A stretch of DNA of 60,614 nt, counting the filler, from Asterionella formosa (lineage: Eukaryota): the NCBI GenBank assembly GCA_002256025.1. It is 9 parts of 9 records of this genome, joined end to end, with 100 filler letters (N's around TTAATTAATTAA, not from the genome) between each part and the next. Parts side by side here need not be neighbours in the genome. Positions count along the whole stretch, not along the records: positions 20,275 to 26,928 come from NKIB01012646.1; positions 27,029 to 33,671 come from NKIB01012648.1; positions 33,772 to 40,412 come from NKIB01012649.1; 6 more parts are not named here. One strand, written 5' to 3'. The notes under the pieces are model-generated. The model searched no databases. It was not told the DNA's origin and worked only from the letters and a program-made list of their open reading frames with translations. The first letter of the stretch is position 1. The number at the start of each line of letters is the position of its first letter. Shown piece by piece: positions 25,489 through 36,857 of this stretch. The translations under genes and the position numbers were made by a program.

Positions 25489-26329
25489 GAGAACATCAGG
25501 CAGGCTTTCACAGATAAGCATGCAGACAGATGAATCAGGTTTCATAACATCCACCCCAACTCATGAAATAATGAGATGATATGAGGAAGGAAAGTATCAT
25601 GAATTGTCTGGTGCTGGTGTTTGTGACTGGTGAGGCCAAGGAAAGCAAGAGTAGGCAATCAATACCAGCGAAATGAAGGAATTAAGTTTCCATCATATTC
25701 ATACAATGATGAATAAGAAGCACCAAAAGGAATGGAGTCAATCTTGAACAATGAGATTGCCTGTGTGTACAAGGCCTTGAGTGCTGTTCCTGTCGTAAAT
25801 ATGACACAAGGATCTGTTGATCCCCAAGACTCATCAGGGCACGAATTTGGTTGTTCAATTGATTCAGTAGGGTTATAAAGCCACTAAGAGCATATTCCAG
25901 TGTTAGTGTCGTATCATGATGTTGAGGCACAGTGGAATATGATAACATGGAGTCAAAATAAAGGTGGCAAGATTTGATGTGCATCGCCAATATTGCTGGA
26001 GAAAATTGAACAGAATTGATTTCCTGAATAGATGGGATCCCAAGTGCAAGCAGGAGTTGCAAAAGGATAAAACAGAATTCATTGGATTTCTCTACTGTTG
26101 GATGGTGTACTAGCTAGCTAATTAAGTCCAAGGCAGAATTCCGCAACAGTTCCAATGCCGTCCTCAGAAAAATAAAATAGCATGTACTTGCTAATGATAA
26201 ATGTAGTATTCAGAAACCAGAGTAGGCCTAAATGTCCAGAAAAAGTAAGAATAGCCCCTGCATCCAGGTTAACAATCTCATAAAAAGAAACCAATATACA
26301 ATGGAGGTGAACATCAAAATCAATCAGAG

Positions 26330-26803
26330 TAGGATTTCCGATCCAAAGAGTTGAGCAGCAGCAATCTTCTATGCGATAACGTTGGATCCATTTTCGCTTG
26401 TTAGGCATGTGGAAGGCTTCGACCGAACATTAGTACAATAACCAATAGCGCTGCTGCTAATACCACAGCAGAGGTGCCAGCATTTAGATTTCGATATGGT
26501 AATGCAATCACAACATCACCCGTTTTGTTTGGAGGAGTGAAAACATTGACTGACCAACAAGGGAACAACATCAAAGGAACTAGAATTGGCATAGCCGCCA
26601 TCATGATTGACATGGGCGTCGTTACCTGCCATGAACAAACTGAATGAAGGTAAATGTCAATGTCCAATCTATTTATCATTGAATGACATTGGAGCCATTT
26701 GCGCTTTTTTGGCATGTGGACGGCCACGACCCGGTAATGTTAGCTCAGCAACTACCAACTCTGCTACTACCACAAACGTGCCAGCATTTAGCTTTCATGG
26801 ATA
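26330..26803 (+). pseudogene. Degenerate duplicated RanBP2-type zinc-finger-like unit (~305-bp period)
   Basis: EGKCQCPI..LND...AFLACGRPRP...VPAFSF and GSIFAC*ACGRLRP...VPAFRF. GTGCCAGCATTTAG occurs twice. Confidence 0.35.
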
Positions 26804-26928
26804 CGTCTGTGAATAGATTTTCCATTAGATCTAACATTTTACTCAGAATTTGTTACAAAAATTATTGATTAAGCGTTATGTATTAGAGAATAATTTTGAT
26901 ATATCCACATGATCTTTTGCTGTTTGAT

Positions 26929-27028
26929 NNNNNNNNNNNNNNNNNNNNNNNNNNNNNNNNNNNNNNNNNNNNTTAATTAATTAANNNNNNNNNNNNNNNN
27001 NNNNNNNNNNNNNNNNNNNNNNNNNNNN
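26929..27028. other. Artificial contig linker
   Basis: N44-TTAATTAATTAA-N44. Confidence 0.97.
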
Positions 27029-27262
27029 GTGGCAACAAGAATTCCAAACCTCCTTTCTCCACCAATTTAAGGCCGATTTCTATCCAGCATAGTATTCGAT
27101 GTCCACGAGAGCAATACCGTCATGGCGAATGGCGATATTCTCAGAATGAACATATTTTGATTCAATTTGTCATCAGGATATGAAATAAATATTCGTTGCT
27201 TGTGGACTGATCATTAGTACTTTGGCAACAAAACTTCCATACCTGCTTTCTCCACCAATTTA

Positions 27263-27965
27263 CAGCTGCTCATCCTTCTCTTCTTTTTCTATATTGTACT
27301 TGCTAGAGTTATCGCTGTAGACTATTTGTAGCAGCTCCGAAAATGAGAAGGCCATCGTGGCACATCTCAATTTTGACTCACTACGGCGACATGCAAGGTT
27401 AAAATATGCAACAGCTGTTTCTTAACGATTTTACGAATTCAATTGTTGTCAGCTACTCATCCTCTGCTTCTTTTTCTATATTGCACTTGCTAGAGTTATC
27501 GCTGTAGACTATTTGTAGCCGCTCCGAAAATGAGAAGGCCATCGTGGCACATCTCAATTTTGACTCACTACGGCGACATGCAAGGTTATAATATGCAACA
27601 GCTGTTTCTTAACGATTTTACGAATTCAATTGTTGTCAGCTACTTATCCTCTGGTTCTTTTTCTATATTGCACTTGCTCGAGCTATCGCTGTAGACTATT
27701 TGTAGCCGCTCCGAAAAGACGATGGCCATTGCGGCACATCTCAATTTTGACTCACTATGGCAACATGCATTGAATATTTAAAATATGCAACAGCTGTTTC
27801 TTAACGAATTTACGGATTCAATTGTTGTCAGCTACTCATCCTCTGGTTCTTTTTCTATATTGTACTTGCTAGAATTATCGCTGTAGACTATTTGTAGCTG
27901 CTCCGAAACGGAGAAGGCCATTGTGGCACATCTCAATTTCGATTCACTACGGAGACATGCAATGC
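27263..27965. repeat. Tandem repeat, ~187-bp unit, ~3.7 copies
   Basis: Units start at about 27263, 27450, 27637 and 27829 (CAGCTrCTyATCC...TATCGCTGTAGACTATTTGTAGC...CACATCTCAATTT). Confidence 0.92.
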
Positions 27966-28224
27966 TTAAAAACGATGCTCAACAAGTACCAACGGTGCTT
28001 TATTTCTAATCTGGCAGGCTATTGTAATCTCTACAATCAACAATGACTAAACAATGTGTCTACAACATCAACTACTACTACTACTACGTGTGCTGAATTC
28101 TACAGTATGAATCTTCCTCTTGCATGTGTTATTCTTTGCCAGTTCAGATCAAAGTAATATGTCAGAGCAGAAAAAATAATAAGTGAATCGGAATTGGCGA
28201 CTCTTTCGTTCATATATGGTGAAA

Positions 28225-28495
28225 GCAGCATAATATTGCGGCAGAGCAGCATAATTTCGCTTTTATACTGTCGCGATGGCTAGTTGGTCAACATAAATTG
28301 TCACGAACACACATAATTATTGGTGTGATCACATAATTATTCGATAAGTGAAATAAATTTTTGTTTAACCCGAATAAATTAGGAAAAAGTAATATAATAT
28401 TTCAAAAAAGTAACATAATATTTTAAAAAAGTAGCATTAATACGTCACTTTAGACATAAATTCGAAAAAGTGCCATAAACGGCGTCTTAGATGTG
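28225..28495 (-). mobile_element. Terminus of a CACTA/CMC-like element (5'-CACATCTAAGACGC) with CATAAT subterminal repeats
   Basis: The reverse complement of 28451-28495 matches 40284-40327. Repeated CATAAT(T/A) motifs lie inside the end. Confidence 0.55.
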
Positions 28496-28920
28496 GTGGT
28501 TGTGGCGTACCCACATTGAGTCATGAATAGTTGGCCCTCGAATGCTGCCTGGAATGTGGAAAAAGTTTCACGTTGGCCATTCCACCGGATCTTTGTGGAA
28601 AATGTTGCTTGGGGAATGACGCAAGGGAGTGTGGTACTGGGGCGCCACCACCAATGTCAAAAGGGTCATCAAGCCAGAGGTCCTGGGCATTTGGAAGGGC
28701 TAGGGACATGGTGGCGCAGAAGTAAGTGTAAAATGAAAGAAGGGGGCCCCTTTGTATGCTCTTGTGGGCGTAGTGAGTGTCTTTTTAGACTCGGTACCAA
28801 GTAAGGTGTGTGGGGGGGTGGGGGCACAAGCAAGCGGGACCTCTGTTCCAAGAGCTGTGGGTAGAGAGAGGAAAACCGGAAATGCGTTCAAGGGCAGACT
28901 CCGGAGGTAGATAACCACTC
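28496..28920 (-). mobile_element. Probable 5' fragment (GC-rich UTR plus ORF start) of a retroelement, truncated by the CACATCT terminus
   Basis: A sharp GC-rich island with a good-context ATG (GCCACCATG, MSLALPNAQDLWLDDPFD). No diagnostic domain. Confidence 0.3.
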
Positions 28921-29333
28921 AAAATGTACTTTCACATGCGTACATTTTGAACCATGTACTTCAACATGCATACGTATGTGTCGTAACCTATGTATTCATT
29001 GATATACTTAATATCCATGTCTGATCATCCATGGTGTATACATATATACATATGTATAGGATATGATACGTACACACTTCACAATCAGTATCAGTATAGT
29101 TCTGCTATTGTTAGTCACACATATCATCTACCGATATTTATCAATATCGGATTCTTTCCGGCTAGGCTGATTTCAGTTTAATAGACTGGATTCAGTCTTG
29201 GTTTTCAATCCCTTGCCCCTAGATCAATTCAACGGATATTTCATTTCTGAAAAGTTAATCTAAATCTACAGAACTGTAGGTTTCTGGAGGTATGCATGGC
29301 AATAAGCTTATATAGATTAAAAATTTCAGATAC

Positions 29334-32300
29334 ATGAGAAGCCTACCAGCCGAAAAAATCTCAAGAATGTTTGTGCGGGAAGGCGCGAAAACGAAAATTG
29401 ACCATGGGCAAAGGTGCCGTCGTTTCATGCCTATCAAAGTACATTCATCCCTAACTGTGGCTCTGAAATCATCATCTGAACATTGGAAAAGGTCATCGAC
29501 TTGAAGGAATGACAGTTCTGCAGAGGGAGCTCACGAAAATTAGAGGTGAAGACGAGGTGATTGCCATTGTGGTCACAGCTCCCGGGACTGTGGATGATGC
29601 TGATACGACTGAGCTTTATGGTCTTGAAAAGCTCTTCAAGATCATTTTTGAGGTTGATTCAGACTACTTTTACTATGGCGAAGGCGGTTATGTACCTGAG
29701 GAGGTAGTAGAAGATGAAGAGACGTCTGCAAATAAAAACCATCATATTTCCATGATGCATCATAGGATTATGATCATCTCATCATAATTTTTCGTTATAT
29801 CATCTAATAATTTTGATAAATGCCCTTGTAATTTAAATAGTAACCCTTTTGACTAAGGAAATTTAATTATTATATGTATTGTTTCTTTTAGGTTCCTTCC
29901 TTTAAATTTCTTGGTAGGATAATGTACCAGTTAGAGTAATGTGGTTTGGCTCATCATCCGCGCCAGTCCTCACTCTGATTCTTGCAACAACGACAAACCA
30001 GCCTTGTCGAGAGGAACGAATGTTTGTGATAAAATCTTCATTTGTCGTTCAAGTCATCATATGTCTTTGATGAATCATCATCTACATTGCACAGTATATT
30101 CGTATGCAATCCGTTATGAGCTTGAAAATAAATCCAATGAAAACGAAATGGCTCATCACACAAGACGAATATTTCCGGCTGGTCTGTGACCAGAGCATCA
30201 ATCATTGTTACAACCTCAATCATAGCAAAACAACATCCATTATAGAACAGCACAAAAAATCTACTTCTCTGTAGTAACATCGTCTCTCTAACAAGAACGT
30301 TATACATCTAGAATTGAAACGCAGCATAGCAGGCGATATGCACAAAGAAGCATGAGACTGTCTGTAAGTGCTGCCTATCAGCCATCTTTGGATCAATCTA
30401 CAACTGTTAGAAAAACTGACACATATGTGTTGCTTCTTTCAGGATAATGGTAGACAAACAGTATTTGTAAGTTACAAAAAGCAGTGTTGGAGCCCATTTA
30501 TTGATCGATACTTTGCTTCTCATTCAATCTTCGGCTGACACATTTTTTCTACAGAAATATGCATCAGTTACTTCCTCAATTTGTGGTAAGTGAAGCAAGA
30601 TAGAAGCGAAACGAATGTTGTTGTGTAAGCAAAACATGGACAGCTAACAATAAATTGCTTCTCTTTGTTGGTATGGCAGATTGGAACAACGAAACGGAAT
30701 CAATAGTAACAGGAAAATTCGTGAATGCAAACTCAGAACAACGCAGGGGAACAACGGCAAAGCAACCAGTACAACAACCTTCAGAATTGGATTGGGGGGA
30801 AGGTGGAAGTGAAAGCGGCACCAACAATCATTGCGATGAAAGCATTGTAGAACATTCTGTAGCCACTTAAGATATGATAGAATCATAGAACCATTCTTAG
30901 TTAAATATAGTTCTAAATTTCGATCAATTTCATCCTATTTTAGACAATGATATCGATGAGAATTACGATCATGCTAAGATAGATGTATGACAAAAGTATA
31001 CACATCAAATGACCATGTTTTACTAATTAAATTATGCAATGGTATTATAACTATGATAGTCTCATCATACTTCAAGCTCGGTAAAAGTTTACTGCATGAT
31101 CATAATTATATGATACATTGATCATATTTTTGATCGAAAAACTATCATTTATGTGAAAATCCTGTGCCACTTAGCGTACGATACCCTTGATCATATTTTC
31201 ATGATATTTTATATTTACAGACGGATGCCTTCCGAGCTCTTCGAACTTGTCGAATGCAAAACACAATTTATGATGCTGATGACGTTGCCCTTGCAGCTGG
31301 ATTTTTTGCTATTGTTGATGACAATGCTCCAGCACCTGAAAATGTTGTTCATCCCAATGAATTAATAAACAATTTGTTTGAGGATGAGTGGGGACACTCA
31401 GGAATTTGCTACAGGAGACTGACGGGTGCATCAAATTGCAATCCAAGACTTTCATCATTTCCAACTCAGTTGAACCCGACTGTCTTCCAATTATTCGAAT
31501 TATTTTTTCCTTCTGAGTTCTTGAACGATAATGTTTTGTTTATCAATAATCGAAAGACAGAGGGCAAATCTGTTACCTATGGTGAGCTACTCAGATGTAT
31601 TGGAATATGGTTTCGAATGGCAACAACGCAGGGAACAAAACGGCATGTTTTTGGTCAGTTGCGCCTACCGTTATTTTCGACAATGCCTCATTTCGGCTAA
31701 ATCACCTCATGTCTCGTGATCGATTCGATTCCATTCAATTCTTAAGGCTATAGGCTATAGAGTTTGGCCAGCACCTGATTATCCGGACCGTTTTCATGAA
31801 GTAAGGGAAATGATTGAAGCATGGAATGAAAACATGCAAAAAAATTTCAAGCCAGGACACTTTGTCTGTTTAGATGAATCAATGTCTACATGGACAAACA
31901 TGCATACCTGTCCTGGATTCATGTTTGTTCCCCGAAAGCCGTGGCCATTCGGAAATGAATACCATGCAGTTTGCTCTGGCAATACAGGAATCATGTTTGC
32001 AATGGAAATAGTGGAGGGAAAAGATGCTCCCCGATCACGACAATATCAAGAGTTTGATGACCTTGGTGGGAAGACTGTTGGGCTATTGCTTCGACTCTCA
32101 AAATCGATTTGGGGGTCAGCAAGGATAATTATTCTTGACAGTGGATTTTTTGTACTTAAGGGAATCATTGAATTAAGGAAGAATGGATTGTATGCATCAG
32201 CACTGACAAAGAAACGCCACTTCTGGCCAAAATACATCCAAGGTGAAGAAATCAACAAGGCACATTTCGAAAGCCTTGAGTGTGGCTTTGCAGATGCCTG

Positions 32301-32985
32301 GCCAGGAAAACTAGACAACATCCCTTTCCACATATATTGCATGAAGGAACCAGACTACCACGTGATGTCTCTAATGTCTACGTATGGGACCTTAGAACCA
32401 ATTGGCAAGGTTTCAATGAGAAATTGGTTGGTACAAGGAACAAAGCGCCAAAAACAGGTTACATATACTGAGGTTATCCACAACCACTACAAGTTTCGGC
32501 ATGCTGTTGACGATCATAATGCAAAAAGGCAGTCCCCAATCAGTTTGAAGGTGGTATGGGCGATGAAATGGTGGCCAAATAGAGTGTTCGCATTCATCTT
32601 GTCAGTCACAGAAGTAAATGCCATGCTGGCATATAAACACTTCTGCAAGGAGGAGGTTGATGGCATGCTCGGTTTTCGCAAGCTTTTGGCAGAGGCATTG
32701 GCATGTAATCCTTATTACAAAGAATAATAAGAAGAAGAATCGCCTCGAAGGTCATCGAGATTGACAAAAAATGCTGAGCACAGAGTTTTCCGGCTACCCA
32801 AAGGGAAGAAATTTTTCGGGACAAAGGTTGTGGATGCTGACAGTTCCCACCCCCAAAGTACATGTGTAGACTGCAAAAGAAAGACTTGGACATGTTGTAT
32901 ATGTTTCATGGGTGTCTATCGTTGTGTTGACTGTTGTTTACATCATTCCATGGAAGCAGTATTGAGTCCTTCCAGTCCAGACTGA
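29334..32985 (+). pseudogene. piggyBac transposase (DDE_Tnp_1_7), disrupted by frameshifts, a stop and a 1.5-kb insertion
   Basis: LFELFFP, CLDESM, FVPRKPWPFGNEYH, EIVEGKD, ILDSGF, HAVDDHNAKR. Cys-rich C-terminus CVDC...CCIC...CVDC..HH follows a premature stop. Confidence 0.85.
29723..31223. mobile_element. Complete non-autonomous TIR element (1501 bp) with CGTCTG termini and 2-bp GA target-site duplication
   Basis: Left end CGTCTGCAAATAAAAACCATCAT; right end (reverse complement) CGTCTGTAAATATAAAATATCAT; GA on both sides. Removing the element and one GA gives the in-frame reading ...VEDEEMPSELFELVE... in the piggyBac ORF. Confidence 0.85.
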
Positions 32986-33671
32986 TATGTGTCTGTGGAA
33001 CTATTCATGTTGTGACTGGCTTACGACTAAATATTACTAGTTCAAATTTCAATTCTTTGCCTTCAACATATATAGCCCTTTTATTCAGGCGAAAACGTTC
33101 TATCCAGCGATGTATATAAAATTAAAGGAAGGAGATGTTAAGGCTTTCTTATTGGGTCGCAAAGGGAGACTGATATCAGCCTGTCGAGCCGGAAAGAACC
33201 CGATATTCTATATCGGCATTTAAACTTATATAGAATACAGAATGGATCTTGTATGAAAACATTCCATGACTGATGAGGACATTTTGAGAAATTATGAGCT
33301 ATATTAATTACACTTTTTATACAGTGTACTGGTACACCGGTGTCAGTACAACAGGTACATTTATTGGAAAAATACCGGTGGTACTCCACATGGTATGCAA
33401 TAATCGTTGAGATGTAGCAGAGCGAAGGTGGAAGTAAATATATGATACCAATTTAAAATAAAGTAAATGACCCTTCGGGTCACTTTAGCTCACCCGGTAT
33501 TCCGCTAAGCAAAATTCCGGAAATTATTGAGAATTTTTCCCTTTCCACTCCTGCTGACAAAATGTTGGTACAAAAGCCTCCCAACAAAGTGAAAGTAAAG
33601 TGAGAAGACTTGCTTCCTTTTCAGTTCTTGGAATTTCTTCAGGAAATAAATGCACCTGCTCTCCATACTTT

Positions 33672-33771
33672 NNNNNNNNNNNNNNNNNNNNNNNNNNNNN
33701 NNNNNNNNNNNNNNNTTAATTAATTAANNNNNNNNNNNNNNNNNNNNNNNNNNNNNNNNNNNNNNNNNNNN
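33672..33771. other. Artificial contig linker
   Basis: N44-TTAATTAATTAA-N44. Confidence 0.97.
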
Positions 33772-33985
33772 TGACCATGTTTAACTAATTATATGATGCA
33801 ATGGTATTATAACTATGATAGTCTCATCATACTTCAAGCTCGGTAAAAGTTTACTGCATGATCATAATTATATGATACATTGATCATATTTTTGATCGAA
33901 AAACTATCATATATGTGAAAATCCTGTGCCACTTAGCGTACAATACCCTTGATCATATTTTTATGATATTTTTTATTTACAGATG
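33772..33985. mobile_element. Right end of another CGTCTG-family copy
   Basis: Near-identical to 31010-31223. Ends TTTACAGATG, a CpG-to-TpG variant of CAGACG. Confidence 0.85.
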
Positions 33986-34259
33986 TCATTTTCCGTTGTT
34001 CTTTAATGTTCAACTCGTTCATAATAAGATTGACCTCTTGGAATGCAAATTTGCGCTGAATACCTCTTTTATCAGTGGATACCGTGATTCCAGCCTTGCC
34101 ATACTGTCTATAGAAAATGAAAGGATATCATTGCATTGATAACATCCTCTAATGCAACCGGAGTAGTTGGTGAATTATTTCATACTAGAAAATTAATTTT
34201 GTAACACCCAGGTAAGACTCCTATATGCATTAAATCTCCTTGAATAACCTTGTTTTTGA

Positions 34260-34605
34260 TACCTCAACTAACCATGATGAATTTCATGATCCTCAAAGTC
34301 TTAAAAACATCTTGCTCAAACATGTGTACCAAGTAGTATTGGAATATCAAGTACATGCAGTAATTGGTTTGCAAGATTGTGCCTCATGTTCTTGATGAAG
34401 AAACGCTATCCTGAAATTGCTATTGCCATTAGCTACTAAGAAAGATGCCGAATTGGCAGATTGCATTTGGAATGGTGTTGAAGAAGTTTCTCAGAGAGGA
34501 ACTGATTTTCTATCTTCAAGAATTAGTAAGGAACAGAAGGTATACTTTGACAGTACATTTGGAGGCATGTGCATCAGTTGTATGCGTTACTTCCCAATTG
34601 AATGA
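34260..34605 (+). pseudogene. Fragment homologous to the accessory ORF of the Plavaka element
   Basis: PSSIGIS...WFA, ADCIWNG and STFGGMCI match PSSMKGIS...*FA, ADFIWNG and STFGGMCI at about 43430-43180 on the minus strand. Confidence 0.6.
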
Positions 34606-34766
34606 TTTCATTCTTGCGGTTTTGCTGAGTAAGTTAAACGATTTTAATGGAAATCTGTTAGTTGATTATACCTGTGAGCTTATCCTCTATCTCAGTGGGT
34701 TTAATGAACACCAACTTGACAGAATACAATTAAGCCGATTTTTTGTTTGGGCTAGTACTTCTCGCA

Positions 34767-35042
34767 CTAACCCTAACCCTGTCAAAGACTCTCAATGGGA
34801 GGGTGTTGGAGGTTGTAAAGACTCTGGGAACGTTGAGAGTCTAATGAGTCAGGTGGTGAAATGACTTATGGGATTGAAATTGGGATCGAAATTAGTTGGA
34901 GTATAAGTCTTGAATCGTTTTTGGTAAAATTGAATTTGGCAGTACCGGTTTGGCGGTACCCTGTAGTTTTCAATCTGAGAACCCTAACCCTAAACCTAAC
35001 CCTAACCCTACCACTTCCCTCTAACTAACCCTAAAGAGTCTT
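34767..35042. repeat. Interstitial telomere-like (CCCTAA)n clusters with short inverted repeats
   Basis: CCCTAA units at 34767-34780 and 34981-35034. Inverted repeats GACTCTCAA/TTGAGAGTC and AAGACTCT/AGAGTCTT. Confidence 0.7.
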
Positions 35043-35357
35043 GTTCATGACTACCGGTAGATTTAAGGCCATACGGATAGTCATGTACATGAAGTATGGG
35101 CTTGGAAGATAAGACAATGCATTCATTTGACTTTTCTGTTTCAACTACCGGTACTATCCCTTTATTCACATAATTCCACTAGTAGTTAATCATCTAGCGG
35201 TAGATGCATTTCCGAAAGTACCGAGACTTCTTGTTCAATAACTTTCTAATCGACCTCTGCTGATTCGAGATCAGAACATTGTTACTTCGCTGGACACAAC
35301 GCTGTTGTTTACTGTTCGTTACCTGCAAACTGAAGTGCAACAACTACAACAGGCTTC

Positions 35358-36857
35358 ATGATTATTGAGGACTGTACGTGTGCAAGAACAGAAAAGGACT
35401 TTGCTGCTTCTGTCAAGAAAAACGAGAGCTGGGAAAGACTTTCTTTGCACTGTGCATGTGAAAAGAATGCGCCACTGCAAGTGTTGGAATTCTTGGTCCA
35501 AAAATATCCTGATTCTGTCAAGAAAAAAGAGAAATGGGGAAAACTTCCTTTGCACTGTGCATGTGAAAATAATGCGCCGCTGCAAGTGTTGGAATTCTTG
35601 GTCCAAAAATATCCTGATTCTGTCAAGAAAAAAGAGACATGGGGAAAACTTCCTTTGCACTGTGCATGTGAAAATAATGCGCCACTGCAAGTGTTAGAAT
35701 TCTTGGTCCAACAATATCCTGATTCTGTCAAAGAAAAGGAGGATTGGGGAAAACTTCCTTTGCACTGTGCATGTGAAAATAATGCGCCACTGCAAGTGCT
35801 AGAATTCTTGGTCCAAAAATATCCTGATTCTGTCCAGGAAAAAGAAAAATGGAGAAAACTTCCTTTGCACTATGCATGTGAAAAAAAGGCATCACTGCAA
35901 GTGGTGAAATTCTTGGTCCAACAATATCCTGATTCTTTCAAGGAAAAGGAGAAATGGGAAAAACTTCCTCTGCATTATGCATGTGCAAATAATGCACCAC
36001 TTGAAGTTTTGGAATTCTTGTTCCAAGAATATCCTGATTCTGTAAAAGAAAAAGATAAAGATAAATTCCTTCCTTTGCACTATGCATGTGAAAATAATGC
36101 ACCACTTGAAGTGTTGGAATTCTTGGTCCAACAATATGCTGCTTCTGTCAAAGAAAGGGATTTTGAAAATATGCTTCCTTTGCATTATGCATGTGCATTT
36201 AATGCACCACTTCAAGTGTTGGAATTCTTGGTCCAACAATATCCTGATTCTATCAAGAAAAAAGGGAAATGGGGAAAACTTCCTTTGCACTGTGCATGTG
36301 AAAAAAAAGCACCACTGCAAGTGGTGGAATTTTTGGTCCAAAAATTTCCAGATTCTGTCAAGGAAAGGGAGGTATGGGGAAAAGTTCCTTTGCACTATGC
36401 ATGTGAAAATAATGCACCAATTGAAGTGTTGGAATTTTTTATACAACAATATCCTGATTCTTTCAAGGAAAATGATAATCAGGAAAAATGTCCTTGGCAA
36501 TATGCATGGGAAAATTATTCTCATCTACAAGTGTTGGAATTTTTGATTCATCAATTTCCTGATTCTTTCAAGGAAAAGGATAAATGGGGAAAACTTCCTT
36601 TGCATTATGCATGCGAAAGCAATGTGCGATGGCAAGTATTGGAATTCATGGTCCAACAATATCCTGATTCTGTCATGGAAAAGGATAAGGATGATCTCCT
36701 TCCTTTGCACTATGCATGTGACAAAAATGCACCACTTCAAGTGTTGGAATTCTTGGTCCAACAATATCCTGATGCTTTGTTATGCTTAGACTTGGAATTG
36801 GTGTACTGTCAATTTCACTGTTTTGGATTCATGCTTTTTACCACTTTGCAAGGATAG
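35358..36857 (+). CDS. Ankyrin-like repeat protein, 13 x 35-aa (105-bp) repeats
   Basis: Consensus KLPLH(C/Y)ACxxNAPLQVLEFLVQQYPDSVKEKxxxG with very high DNA identity between units. Gene ends are uncertain. Confidence 0.85.
   Translation: MIIEDCTCARTEKDFAASVKKNESWERLSLHCACEKNAPLQVLEFLVQKYPDSVKKKEKWGKLPLHCACENNAPLQVLEFLVQKYPDSVKKKETWGKLPLHCACENNAPLQVLEFLVQQYPDSVKEKEDWGKLPLHCACENNAPLQVLEFLVQKYPDSVQEKEKWRKLPLHYACEKKASLQVVKFLVQQYPDSFKEKEKWEKLPLHYACANNAPLEVLEFLFQEYPDSVKEKDKDKFLPLHYACENNAPLEVLEFLVQQYAASVKERDFENMLPLHYACAFNAPLQVLEFLVQQYPDSIKKKGKWGKLPLHCACEKKAPLQVVEFLVQKFPDSVKEREVWGKVPLHYACENNAPIEVLEFFIQQYPDSFKENDNQEKCPWQYAWENYSHLQVLEFLIHQFPDSFKEKDKWGKLPLHYACESNVRWQVLEFMVQQYPDSVMEKDKDDLLPLHYACDKNAPLQVLEFLVQQYPDALLCLDLELVYCQFHCFGFMLFTTLQG

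Larger units (their letters stand above)
29131..33216 (+). mobile_element. Decayed piggyBac-like DNA transposon with a nested insertion
   Basis: Imperfect inverted repeats at 29131-29179 (CCGATAT..ATATCGGATTCTTTCCGGCTAGGCTGATTTCAGT) and 33168-33216 bracket the transposase. True TTAA ends were not identified. Confidence 0.75.

Noticed and set aside
24634..25579. Long ORFs in the ORF track spanning this region
   Set aside because: They are artefacts of translating through the N gap.
27263..27965. CRISPR-like array
   Set aside because: Whole units repeat with no unique spacers and no cas genes, in a eukaryotic context. The same applies to 44348-44797.
35309..36789. Antisense and alternative-frame ORFs over the ankyrin array; likewise 54187-55086 over the ARM array and plus-strand ORFs over 55927-58734
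   Set aside because: Shadow frames caused by repeat periodicity and low complexity.
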